From contig NC_043005.1 in NCBI RefSeq assembly GCF_006345805.1, positions 92,628,001-92,692,000 on the forward strand: a stretch of DNA of 64,000 bases, given 5' to 3'. The notes below the pieces were generated by a model. It saw only the letters and a list, made by a program, of their open reading frames with translations. It had not been told where the DNA came from and searched no databases. This document shows, piece after piece, positions 39,608 to 50,062 of the stretch; position 1 is the first letter of the stretch, and each line of letters starts with the position of its first letter. Source of the DNA: Octopus sinensis. Its lineage: Eukaryota. The translations under genes and the position numbers were made by a program.

Positions 39608-40756
39608 TGTAAGAAATAGGATCACGCTTGGTCGTATCGTGTAGGAAATACGATTGCACGCGGTTCTACTCTTAACGAATTATTCAAAGCCATAAACTAC
39701 ATACAAACGACGATAGGACATAAGTGAATTGACACAAGTCTTCTGTTGGTAGATAAATATTTATTTTACGTATTTTACAATCGTGTGGATTTTAAGAGTT
39801 CGTAAACGTTAGCACGTTTTGTGTCTGTGTGTTCGGGTGGCGTGAAGCATACCCAAAGGTACTGAACATAGAATTAACAATGGCATTTAGTTTACTGTTC
39901 ATAGGGCAAGATGCTGGAATCTACTCGAGAGGCTTTCAGTAGTTGTATAGATTAGCGTAGCAACAGGTAGTAGCAGAGACAATCGCATATCTCTAAGTTG
40001 AGCAGCAGGTGGCCTAAGTTAGTTCTTAGAAGAACTGGAAACCGAGTATTTCTTTATTATCCATAAGGATTAACACAGATGGGGACAATACAATGATTTG
40101 GGGGTCAAAACATGGAACTTTTTACAATGAAATCGGATGGGTTATTTACAATGGAGTTATAATGAAATCGAATAAGAACAAACAAAAAAGAGACAAATGA
40201 AGTTAAAAGAACAGGGTAGCCGACCCCACGAGCCCTGTCATTTCAGCTGAAACTTTTGGTAGGTGATCATGGCGTGTTCATGCAGGGCCTTTCACACCCA
40301 GCATCCGTGCTACATGCATCCATCTTTTCTTGAATATAGACTTTGTCAGACACCTTTTCTCTAGCTCCACCTTCCTGAAGAACTGGAACCCAAGACCTAA
40401 GTGTCTGTGAACCCTGCTTTATATACTGTTTGGTTGGCTCACCGAACTCCAGAAAATGGAATTTTAACCGAAAGTCTTGATTGGCTGATTCGCAATTATG
40501 GCGCGAAATAAGTCGAGACAATTCGCCGCGGACTTCGTAGGGACCCTCGTGTCACATGTCCCCCAGTGGCGCGAAACACGTAGAGACCACTCGTGTCACC
40601 TGTCAGCCGATCAAGTTAGTGTTTAGAACAAGAACAAGTTGACCCAAAGATGGTTGTAACCTCAAACGAGATCATTTCTGCCTTGCCTTTCACACAGTGA
40701 AGATATTAGCAATCGCTATAGCCATATTTCAAAATGGCTGAAACTGCCACGCTACA
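39608..40756 (-). mobile_element. Solo LTR
   Basis: TGTA...TACA termini; 4-bp TSD gaac at 39604-39607 and 40757-40760. Removing it restores the LINE ORF2 peptide. TATA, CCAAT and AATAAA on the minus strand. Confidence 0.85.
40044..40376 (-). mobile_element. Tx1 family D 3' fragment (D2) inserted in the LTR
   Basis: Homologous to 38483-38770; 15-bp TSD gaagaactggaa(a/c)cc at 40029-40043 and 40377-40391. Confidence 0.88.
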
Positions 40757-42245
40757 GAACCCTTCCACAGGAAGCGAAAGATTTGCCTTTCCAGCTTGTT
40801 CACCCACGAATCCGGACAGAGGACGACGGTTAGGCGGTATATGATGACCGATGCCATGAAAACATTGGCCACCTCCGCCCGCCCTTTCAAGGATAGCCAC
40901 CGCCAAAACCAAGTCTTGACCGCATGAGTCACCTTGCTCGTGACCTCCGGTTGATTTCTCCACTTTCTGAAATGGTTATTTAACATGCATTTTAGATGTT
41001 TACTACCCCCAAATTCTTTGTACTCGTAACTTGCATATCTATCACCCGGAAGAATTCTTTCAGTTAACTTCTTCGAAATCCACTTAGAACTTTGATTAGA
41101 AGCAAGTAATTGGGAAGGAATCTTGGTACTTTTTAACAGCCTACAAAAATAAATTCTAATGTTTTGATTTATGTTTTTCCCCATTACCACGAAATTCAGA
41201 TTTCGGACAAATCAGGAACAAAGAAATTGGAGTACCGTTCGAATGAGGGTAATTTGGGACACCCTATGCCTGCCAAATGATCGCTTGTCCCAAATTACCC
41301 CTCGAAATGAGAATTATGGGGGTTGGCGGAATTCTGGTTTAAGCACCCCCTCATAGCTTGAATTTTCAGAAAAATTTACCCGAACACCAACATACAGAAA
41401 TTCATACGACTAATGCTTTGCAATAGACCATTAAATGTGTTTATGAGGAGAAAGTGACAAAGAAACGAAAAGGGTATCACAGATGGTTATGAGATATGCT
41501 AAAAATAGCAGCTAAATAGATCTTAAGTCACGATCCGAGCTTTTCCCTCGTAACTTTTAGGAAAATGGGGTTTTTTTTCAACGAAATTTTTTAGAAATAC
41601 CTTTCAAACGACATACATTGCGATTATAAGGAAATGTGTGGAAAATACAAAAAATCCGAGTTTTTCCCCTCAAAATAAATGTGTATGTATATATATATAT
41701 GGATCCTTTCGGTTTGAACGGCAGTTTTTAACATAATTTCTAGGTAACTAAAAAATGTTAAACTTCGTATACTGGTAGAATGTGTTATAAAAGATCTTTT
41801 TCTCTTGGCTTTATTGAGAAAATTCTGCTTGCCTACTCTATTTATAATTGACAAGTAGGCTCAGCGGAGCAACTAGCTGACGTTGCGCGCCTTTCAATTT
41901 CATTTGTGGAGCAGCCTAGTCACGTGACATAAGCATGCTCGTTTTCGCTTAACAGTTTATGACTGCTGGAGCTTACTAATTTGTGAATCCCGCCTTCGTC
42001 CGTTTCTCTGTCCCCGCTTGGTGTAACTTTCATAGTTGATAAAAAAATTAATTCACTGTTTTGCGCGCCTTTCAATTTCATTGGTGGATTTTGACAGCAG
42101 CCTAATCACGTGACATGAGCCCGCGCTCGTTTTCGCTTAGCAGCTTGTGACTGCTGGAGCCTCCTAACTTGTATTTAAAGGCAAAAGAAGCCCAAAGAAA
42201 TATCATTTGGAGTATTTTGCTGAAAGCTACTGCCAATCTTTGAAT

Positions 42246-42623
42246 ATGTCTGGACGCGGTAAAGGAGGTAAAGTAAAGGGAAAGAGCAAGACCCGCTCAT
42301 CCCGCGCCGGGCTTCAGTTTCCCGTCGGTCGTATCCATCGTCTTCTCCGTAAGGGGAACTATGCTCAACGTGTTGGTGCCGGAGCCCCAGTCTACTTGGC
42401 CGCTGTGATGGAATATTTGGCTGCTGAGGTGTTGGAATTGGCAGGAAATGCTGCCAGAGACAACAAGAAATCAAGAATTATTCCCCGTCACTTGCAGTTG
42501 GCCATCCGTAACGACGAAGAATTGAACAAGCTTTTGTCAGGAGTGACCATCGCCCAGGGTGGTGTTCTTCCCAACATCCAAGCTGTCCTTCTCCCCAAGA
42601 AGACTCAGAAGGCAGCCAAGTAA
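42246..42623 (+). CDS. H2A: Histone H2A, intact; inverted duplicate of 36812-37189
   Basis: No CDS difference found by eye between the two copies; stem-loop at 42665-42680. Confidence 0.97.
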   Translation: MSGRGKGGKVKGKSKTRSSRAGLQFPVGRIHRLLRKGNYAQRVGAGAPVYLAAVMEYLAAEVLELAGNAARDNKKSRIIPRHLQLAIRNDEELNKLLSGVTIAQGGVLPNIQAVLLPKKTQKAAK

Positions 42624-43260
42624 ATTACTTATTACGGAGGCATTTGTGCTTTATCCATATCAACGGTCCTTTTCAGGGCCTCTCACACTTTGTATTGTTT
42701 TCTTTCGACTGTTTGATTGCGATTTTTGTTTTTTAAATCCTTTCTAATTTATCTCCCCATTAAGTTTTAAAGGAGCCCTCCCCGAAATTTACATTGTCCA
42801 CCTCAATCTACCCTTCCCCTAAGTTTTCAAATGTTACTCCTACGTTATCGATACTTTTTTTTTCAGCGGATTATTTTAGAAGATGGGAGTTCCGTGTAGA
42901 GAGATTAAATAAACAGATAAGGTATAGGTAAATAAATGAAAAAGTAAGATGCAAGCCTTTGTTCGACGACGGAGCGGGTTGTAAATTTTAAGATATTAGA
43001 AAACATCAATACAGTGAGAAATAACGAGGAAGGTATCAGGTGGTCGTGCGATGTGCTAGAGACCAAATTTTTCTTTTTAATTGCTTCTGAATTATTACAG
43101 CCGTCTCCTGTTGCTGGAGTGACGCAACTGAAAAAACCCCGCCTGTTATGAGAATATTTAAATCCACAACCTTATAGCATCACTAGTTAAAATAATAGCC
43201 ATTTTTAGGCGAAATTCTGGTTTAAGCAAGACCATTAAGGAAAAAGAGGTCTAATATATA

Positions 43261-43556
43261 GATCCGCGCCCGAGTGATATTTTGGAAAAAAATATGTGTA
43301 ACAGGTGTAAGACATCGTATATTGAAGGAATATGACGCAAAAAAAAAAAGCGCGCTGAGAAACGGGGAGGGGGCTCGGAAAATTTCCACGATCAACCGTA
43401 GAGGATCCGCGCCCAAGTGGCAAAAATGGAAAAAAATATGTGTAACAGGTGTAAGGCATCGTATATTGAAGGAAAATGACAAAAAAAGCGCGCTGACAAA
43501 CGGGTGGGTGGGGAGAAGGCTCGGAAAATTCCCACGATCAACCGTAGAGGATCCGA
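43261..43556. repeat. Two-unit tandem repeat (143 and 146 bp)
   Basis: Units start gatccgcgccc at 43261 and 43404; a third gatccg starts at 43550. Confidence 0.9.
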
Positions 43557-43624
43557 GCAATAAACCTCAACGCCCGCTCGCAGGAGCGCAACAGAAACCG
43601 TCTGAATACTTCTCATGCAATGTG

Positions 43625-43835
43625 TATACAACAAATATTGTTGGGTGGACAAACACACACACACACATATATATACATATATACGACGGGCTTCTTAAAG
43701 GTTCCGTCTACCAAACCCACTCACAAGGCTTTTGCTGGCTCGAGGCTATATAGAAGACACTTGACCAAGGTACCACGCAGTGGGACTGAACCCGGAACCA
43801 TGTCGTTGGTGAGGAAGCTACTTACCACACAGCCA
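43625..43835 (-). repeat. tRNA-derived SINE, partial
   Basis: gacgggcttc...cacgcagtgggactgaacccggaacc...ccacacagcc. Confidence 0.85.
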
Positions 43836-44110
43836 TCCACTCTTTCTCGAACACATCTCTTCTAAACCCTGCCAACGCTGTTTCCCCGAACACACTTCTC
43901 GACAAAACTCATATTTTTTTGTAACTTTCAAATAAAATAATAAAAAAAACACCCCTTAATTTCATATTGATGTGGGAAAAATACTCCGAAAGAAATATTT
44001 GCAGAAAGGTGAGTAGATTCATTACACAATTCATTTCATTGTGTTACCGCAGTTTAGTGAGATTTGGCTGTTATTTCTAGCATGAAAATAGCCGGCTTGA
44101 GGGGGATATA

Positions 44111-44461
44111 TCTTTATATATAAAAGTGAGGTTGTGTGCTATGTCTCCTACGATTTAGATTCCTAACTACTCCCACATTTTGCGGTGCAGTTTAACCGAA
44201 ACCGGGTATCTTATAGTTGTGATTCATATGAGTCTACGATTTAAAGATAAATTTACCATCAATTTTCCCCATTTTTAATGCATTTTTGGCATAAGGGAAG
44301 TAACTCTCTAAAAATTTATTATTAAATCTCAGAACGTAAAAAGCTATAGTAACACCCCCCCCCCTTTGTGGTTAACCATATTGAGATGGCTTTACATCTC
44401 TAAAAATGCTTATATAGTTATTTCCCTTACAAACCCGAGCAACGCCGGGCGATACTGCTAG
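44111..44461 (+). mobile_element. Short non-autonomous Helitron
   Basis: A|TCtttatatataaaag 5' end; cccgagcaacgccggg hairpin then CTAG|T 3' end. Confidence 0.85.
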
Positions 44462-44734
44462 TCTATATATATATATATATACATATATATATTATTTTAC
44501 AAACAAAAAGTGAAAACTGAAGTAATGGAATTTGAATTTTTGAAGTTGCGATTGATAATTATTCTGTGACAATCAATAATATTGTGAAAATATAATCTGT
44601 ACTTACCACATGCGTGGTAGATTTGCTGATTATTTTCAACAAATCTACCACGCTTCTATTTCAAATTCTTTAACGTTGTCAGTTGTTGCAGCAGCCTCGT
44701 GGAAATTGGTCGAACATCTTTATTGCCCAGGATA

Positions 44735-45672
44735 CAAATAAAGCAATGGAAAATAATGGATCTTTTCTCTTTGAAGGCCAGATTTTCCTAGTTAACTAAA
44801 AAATTTGAAACTTCGTATACTGGTAGAATGTGTCAAAAGAAAACATTATTGTAAACAAAATCGTAACTTAAACGTAGTTTAATTTTAAGAATTTTAACCA
44901 ATGAAATCGCAGCATTCGAGCTCAAATTATTTACCTCTTCTTCTGTCTTCTACATGTGCTAGAAATAACAGCTATATCTCTTAAATCGATTCATTTCGTC
45001 GCCCAATAAAAATATTAACGATATTTTTTGAATATTTTCTTTCATTTTTTTTTTTACCGGAAAGGCTTCTCCCATGGTTTTGAAGGGCCAGAAACAACAA
45101 AAACAAAACAATAATATGTCTAAATCGGTCTCGAGTTTGCGCGTGGAGTGTGAGTCGTATTGTAAAAATTTGCGAAATATTTTTTCATAAAAGGATGTCC
45201 CCAGCTTGTCGGAAGCTGGGAAAAAAATCCTCGACACCAGTGCGTAATTGGTACTTAATTTATCGACCCCGAAACGATGAAACATTGACCCCCACCTTCT
45301 GTGCAAATTTGTTGCAAGTGGCAAAACACAACGTGTATTTTTGCTTGTGTGTGTATGTATATGTCCGTTTGTATGTGTGTGTACGCTTATATATTAATTA
45401 CTATGTGCTTGTGCAAATATGTGTGTGTGTGTGGTGCGTCTGCTATATTTCTTTATCAATATCGATAACGCAGCAATGTTGGGATTTCATTGGTTAAAAT
45501 TCGTAAAAATTAAACTTCGTTTAAGTTACAAATTACAATTTTGTTTTCAATTTTGTTTACAATAATGTTTTCTTTTGACACATTCTACCAGTATACGAAG
45601 TTTCAAATTTTTTAGTTAACTAGGAAAATCTGGCCTTCAAAGAGAAAAGATCCATTATTTTCCATTGCTTTA
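44735..45672. repeat. Foldback-family element with ~190-bp inverted arms
   Basis: aaagcaatggaaaataatggatcttttctctttgaagg mirrors ccttcaaagagaaaagatccattattttccattgcttt. Confidence 0.8.
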
Positions 45673-47239
45673 TTTTTTTTTACCCGCGTAACAATTAAAT
45701 TAATTTAACAATTAAGAAAAAAAAATTTAGGGGGAGGGTGAGGGTTAGTTACAGGATGTTGTCTCAGTTTTAGACGCAGCAAATGTTGTTTACCTAAATG
45801 GAGGTAATCGATTGGTTAAAATTGCAGAAATGCTCGGATTTTCAGACGAAATATGGGATCTTTTCCTTTTGAACGGCACATGTCAACACAATTTCTAGTT
45901 AACTAAACACTTTAAAACTTCGTATACTGGTAGAATGTGTCAAAATAAAACATTTTTTTCTCTTGGCTTTCTTGATAAAATTGTAATTCGTTTCTTTAAC
46001 GTAGTTTAATTTTTCGAATTTTAAGTGTGCATTGAACTGAATTTAAATAAGCAAGAAAGTTATTATCAAAGAAAAGACCATAGCACCATGACTAGGTTGT
46101 TAAGTGAGTAGGCAATCTATTTCTCATAATTTATCAAAAACCGATGACGTCATTCCTCCACCAGCTTGCATGTTATTGTATACAATTACAAACTTGTAAT
46201 AATGCTACTGTTTATTAATCAATGTAGAAAATAATCTCTTTGGAAGTTATAAAACATTCGATGAAGTGACCCTAAGCACAAACTCTTCACAGGCCGCTTG
46301 AACGACACCAAAGCATTAATATCTTAATTGGTAAGCCAAAAGGAATTGAAATATTCACGTCTCTCGTCTGTAAACATCTGATTGAAAATGTTTACTTTAG
46401 AGAACACTTCAAAAATAAATCTCGAAGAAGAAGAAAAGTTGAAATTTACTGAACTCTTGTAAGCAGGTTTTCACGAGTTCCCTCCCTTATATCATTTCTG
46501 TAAAAATGTGTTTAAGAATTGTCATTTTGCCAGAATTCTATCTCCTTTTTATTATTATCAGTTGACCAATTAAATCAAATTTTTTTATTAATCAATCAGC
46601 TGGCTTGTAAGAATCCTTTCATTGCAGTTCAGAACCTCATCTTACTCCAGCCCTGTCTCGATCTAAATGCAAAGATGTTACTCAACACAAACTATACTGT
46701 GTGCAAGTGAATTTGAAAAGCCATTTGCTGAATTTATGATTATGATGAGAAAATGGTATAAACGTGATTGATAAAAGTAAAAAACTATATTTTTCTCACT
46801 ACAGAAGCCATATACTTTGAATTTTGTTAAATTTAATATTAGATGCATATTGAATACATACTTATTTGTCAACTGCAAAATATTGGAAATACATGGGAAG
46901 AGAATAAAAGCACAAGGATACTCATCTCGTCAGTTCACCATTCCTAGGAGGATTGTGAAGGTAGAGTTCTTGGGTACTTCGTCCATAGAGTCCTGTCACA
47001 AGCACCTGTCAGACTTTCCAGCTGAATTCCAAAGCATGACTAACTGAAACTATTCTAATTACATGTTTGTAGTACCAAGAGCTGTAACCTTTCACTGCAG
47101 AGAAGTCGTAGCTCAACCTGAAGATATTTCCAGACCTCTGAGCCATGCACTCTGTTGTGTAATGTTACTCTAGAGATCCCACTGGAAGAACCAGATTTCA
47201 ATTTGCATTCCCAGTCATACTCTTCTTTCATGACAATAG

Positions 47240-47340
47240 GTGAGGATAGGCAGCTTGGTGCTGTAGCTAGTAAGACTGACTGGACGGGATGTGCGATCAC
47301 CCTTTTTGAACACAGGAATGAACTGGCAATGTTCCACTGC
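47240..47340 (-). mobile_element. Ancient CR1/Jockey-like RT fragment
   Basis: Minus-strand FIPVFKKGDRTSRPVSLTSYSTK resembles the P.FKKGD...NYRPISLTS motif. Confidence 0.55.
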
Positions 47341-47659
47341 TCTGGAATAACGCAGTTATTAAGTCAGGATTGGAAGAAGAATGAAAGCTGGTGCAAAAGA
47401 ACCTTCCATATTTGAGAAGCAGGTAAGTAACATTATTAAGACCACAATAAATATAATACGTATCATATATATTTGATATATATAAAAAATAATGATTGCG
47501 TAAATAGCACTGCATAATAAAAGAATATGACCATAAAGATAAGTAAAAAGGAAAATATGAAAAGCCAGAGTACAATTGTTAGCAATAACGATAAGAATAA
47601 CCAAAATTTAAAAAATTAATAATAATAATAAAAATATAGTCAAAAAGAAAGCAATACCA

Positions 47660-48049
47660 GGGTCACGGATTGGTTCCCGTGCCGTTGACATGTAGAAAGC
47701 ACCATTCAAGTGTGATCACTGCCAGTGTCGCTTTACTGGCAAGTAAAAAACAACATTCGAGTGTGGTTGTTGCCAGTGCCACCAGACTGGTTCCCATGCA
47801 GGTAGCATGCAAAAACACCTTTTGAGCATGGTTGTTGCCAGAACCACCTGACTGGCTCTCATGCCAGTGGCACGTAAAAGCACCCACTACACTCTTGGAG
47901 GCATTAGGAAGGGCATCCAGCTGTAGAAACTCTGCCAGATCAGATTGGAGCCTGGCACAGCCTCTGGCTCACCAGTCATCAGTCAAACCGTCCAACCCAT
48001 GCCAGCATGGAAAGTGAACATTAAACGATGATGATGATGATGATGATGA
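47660..48049 (+). repeat. RTE 3' UTR fragment with (GAT)n tail
   Basis: tggcacgtaaaagcaccc...ccagcatggaaag...gatgatgat. Confidence 0.85.
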
Positions 48050-48306
48050 GTATTATTTGATAATAATATCGTTTAATATTATTTAATAATGATGGGCATG
48101 AATGTATTTCTATAACTGGACGTGTGTGTATGTCTATATGCTTAAGTATCTTTTTGCAAGTATGTACATTTATATATATATATATGTTAATATGCGTATA
48201 TATGTATTTAAATATGTATATACGTTTGCATGTGTATGACTATATAAGTATTGGTATGTATGTGCTCTTATGTGTATGTAAGTCTATGTAAGTGTGTACA
48301 TATGTG

Positions 48307-50062
48307 CATCATCATCATCATCATCATTTAACGTCCGTTTTCCATGCTAGCATGGATTGGACCGTTCGACTGGGTTCTGGGAAGCCAGGAGGCTGCACCA
48401 GGCTCCAGTCTGACCTGGCATCGTTTCTACAGCTGGATGCGCTTCCTATCGCCAACCACTCTGTGAGTGTAGTGGGTGCTTTTTACACGCCACCAGCATT
48501 GGTTCCAGGGGAGGCTGGCAACAGCCACGATCGGTTGGTGCTTTTTACGTGCCACTGACATGGAAGCTAGTCAAGGCAGCGCTGGCATCGGCCATTTTCA
48601 GATGGTGCTTTTTACGTGCCACTGGCACTACAATTTCCATTTGATTTTTTGATGTTGATGTACTTGACTCAATAGGTCTCAAGCACAGCAGGTCGCCCTA
48701 CGATCCAAGATAAGCACAGCAGGCCGTCCTGCGATCCAAGGTACTTTGGATGGGCTGGGGCTTCTATGTCAAGCTGGTGCAGGAAACAGCCATGAACTCA
48801 CGTTATTTGTCGGGTCTTCGCAGTCACAGCATATCTCCAGAGGTCTTGGTCTTTCGTCATTGCCTCTGTGAGACCCAACGTTTGAAGGTCATGCTTGACC
48901 ACCTCATCCCATGTCTTTCTGGGTCTACCTCTACCCCGGATTTCTTCAACTGTTTGGGAGTGGCACTTCTTCACACATCTCTCCTTATCCATCTGTAGTA
49001 CATGACCATACCAGCGCAGACGTCTCTCTTGCATGCCACATCCAATGCTTCTTATGTCCAGCAATTCTTTCAGGGCACTTACACTCTGTCGTGTGTGCAC
49101 ACTGACATTACACATCCAGCGGATCATACTAGCTTTGTTTCTTTCAAGCCTACGCATGTCCTCTGCAGTCACAGCCCATGTTTCACTACCGTGAAGCATG
49201 GCAGTTCGCACACATGCGTCATACAATCTACCTTTCACTCTGAGCGAGAGACCCTTTGTCACCAGTAGGGGTAGGAGCTTTCTAAACTTTGCCCAGGCTA
49301 TTCTTATTCTAGTGGTAACACTCTCTGAGCATCCACCCCCACTACTAACTTGGTCACCCAGGTAGCGGAAACTATCAACTACTAGTTTCTCCCCCAGGAG
49401 TGTAATGGAATCTGTTTTCTGAGTATCAATGGTGTATATTGCCCCTGTGCGTCTGCTGCACACGAAAGCTATCTTCTCGGTTAATTTTCCTTTGATGTTG
49501 CTGCACCTCTTATGTGTCCATAGCTTACTCTGGGTACAGCTTATGGAGTTTCTACCTACACCTTTTCTACAGATCAAGCAGGGCCACCTATCTGAAGGGG
49601 TGTGCAGTGAGTTTGCCTTCATACTTACTAGAACTTTGGTCTTTGCTACATTGACTCTAAGGCCTTTTGATTCTAAACCTAGCTTCCTCACCCAAAATTT
49701 CTTTTCTAGTTCTGGTAGTGATTCTTCTATGAGGGCCAGGTCATCAGCACAGAGGAGCTCCCAGGGGCAACCCATCTTGAATTCCTCTGTTATTGCCCGG
49801 AGGACTATGATGAACAAAAGGGCTGAACCTTGGTGAACCCCTACTTCTACCTGGAAATTCTTCACTATACTCATTGCCGATCCTAACCTTGCTAATGACC
49901 TCTCTGTATAGGGCCTGTACAGCTCTTATTAACCATTCTTCAATCTCCAGTTTCTGCATCGCCCACCAGATAAGGGATCGGGGGACCCTGTCAAAGGCTT
50001 TCTCCAAGTCCACAAAAGCTATGTAGAGGGGTTTATCTTTAGCTAGGTATTTCTCTCTGATG
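48307..50062 (-). mobile_element. 5'-truncated RTE-type LINE (copy 2)
   Basis: DLEKAFDRVP, GVHQGS, LLCADDL, FRYLGD, HGSETW, RGRGRPRKTW; (CAT)n at 48307. Confidence 0.9.

Larger units (their letters stand above)
38483..40950 (-). mobile_element. 5'-truncated Tx1-clade LINE copy D1, interrupted by a solo LTR
   Basis: EVTSKV...LSLKGRAEVANV...FRFLWKGS|LTR|NPLVRRSICCQKP...CPRCGQD; 3' end aataaagaaat abuts the H2B leader. Confidence 0.88.

Noticed and set aside
38474-40391. Histone-gene-specific targeting by Tx1 family D
   Set aside because: The D1 and D2 3' flanks (tttgaaatt vs ggtttccag) share no target sequence; one insertion at H2B is not evidence of specificity.
42207-42245. 13-aa N-terminal extension on H2A (also 37190-37228)
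   Set aside because: It starts at TTG within the leader, just downstream of the TATA-like box; the first ATG gives canonical MSGRGK.
47300-47428. Plus-strand exon ending GAGAAGCAG|GTAAGT (MKAGAKEPSIFEKQ)
   Set aside because: The opposite strand reads as an old LINE RT motif, and no partner exon was found.
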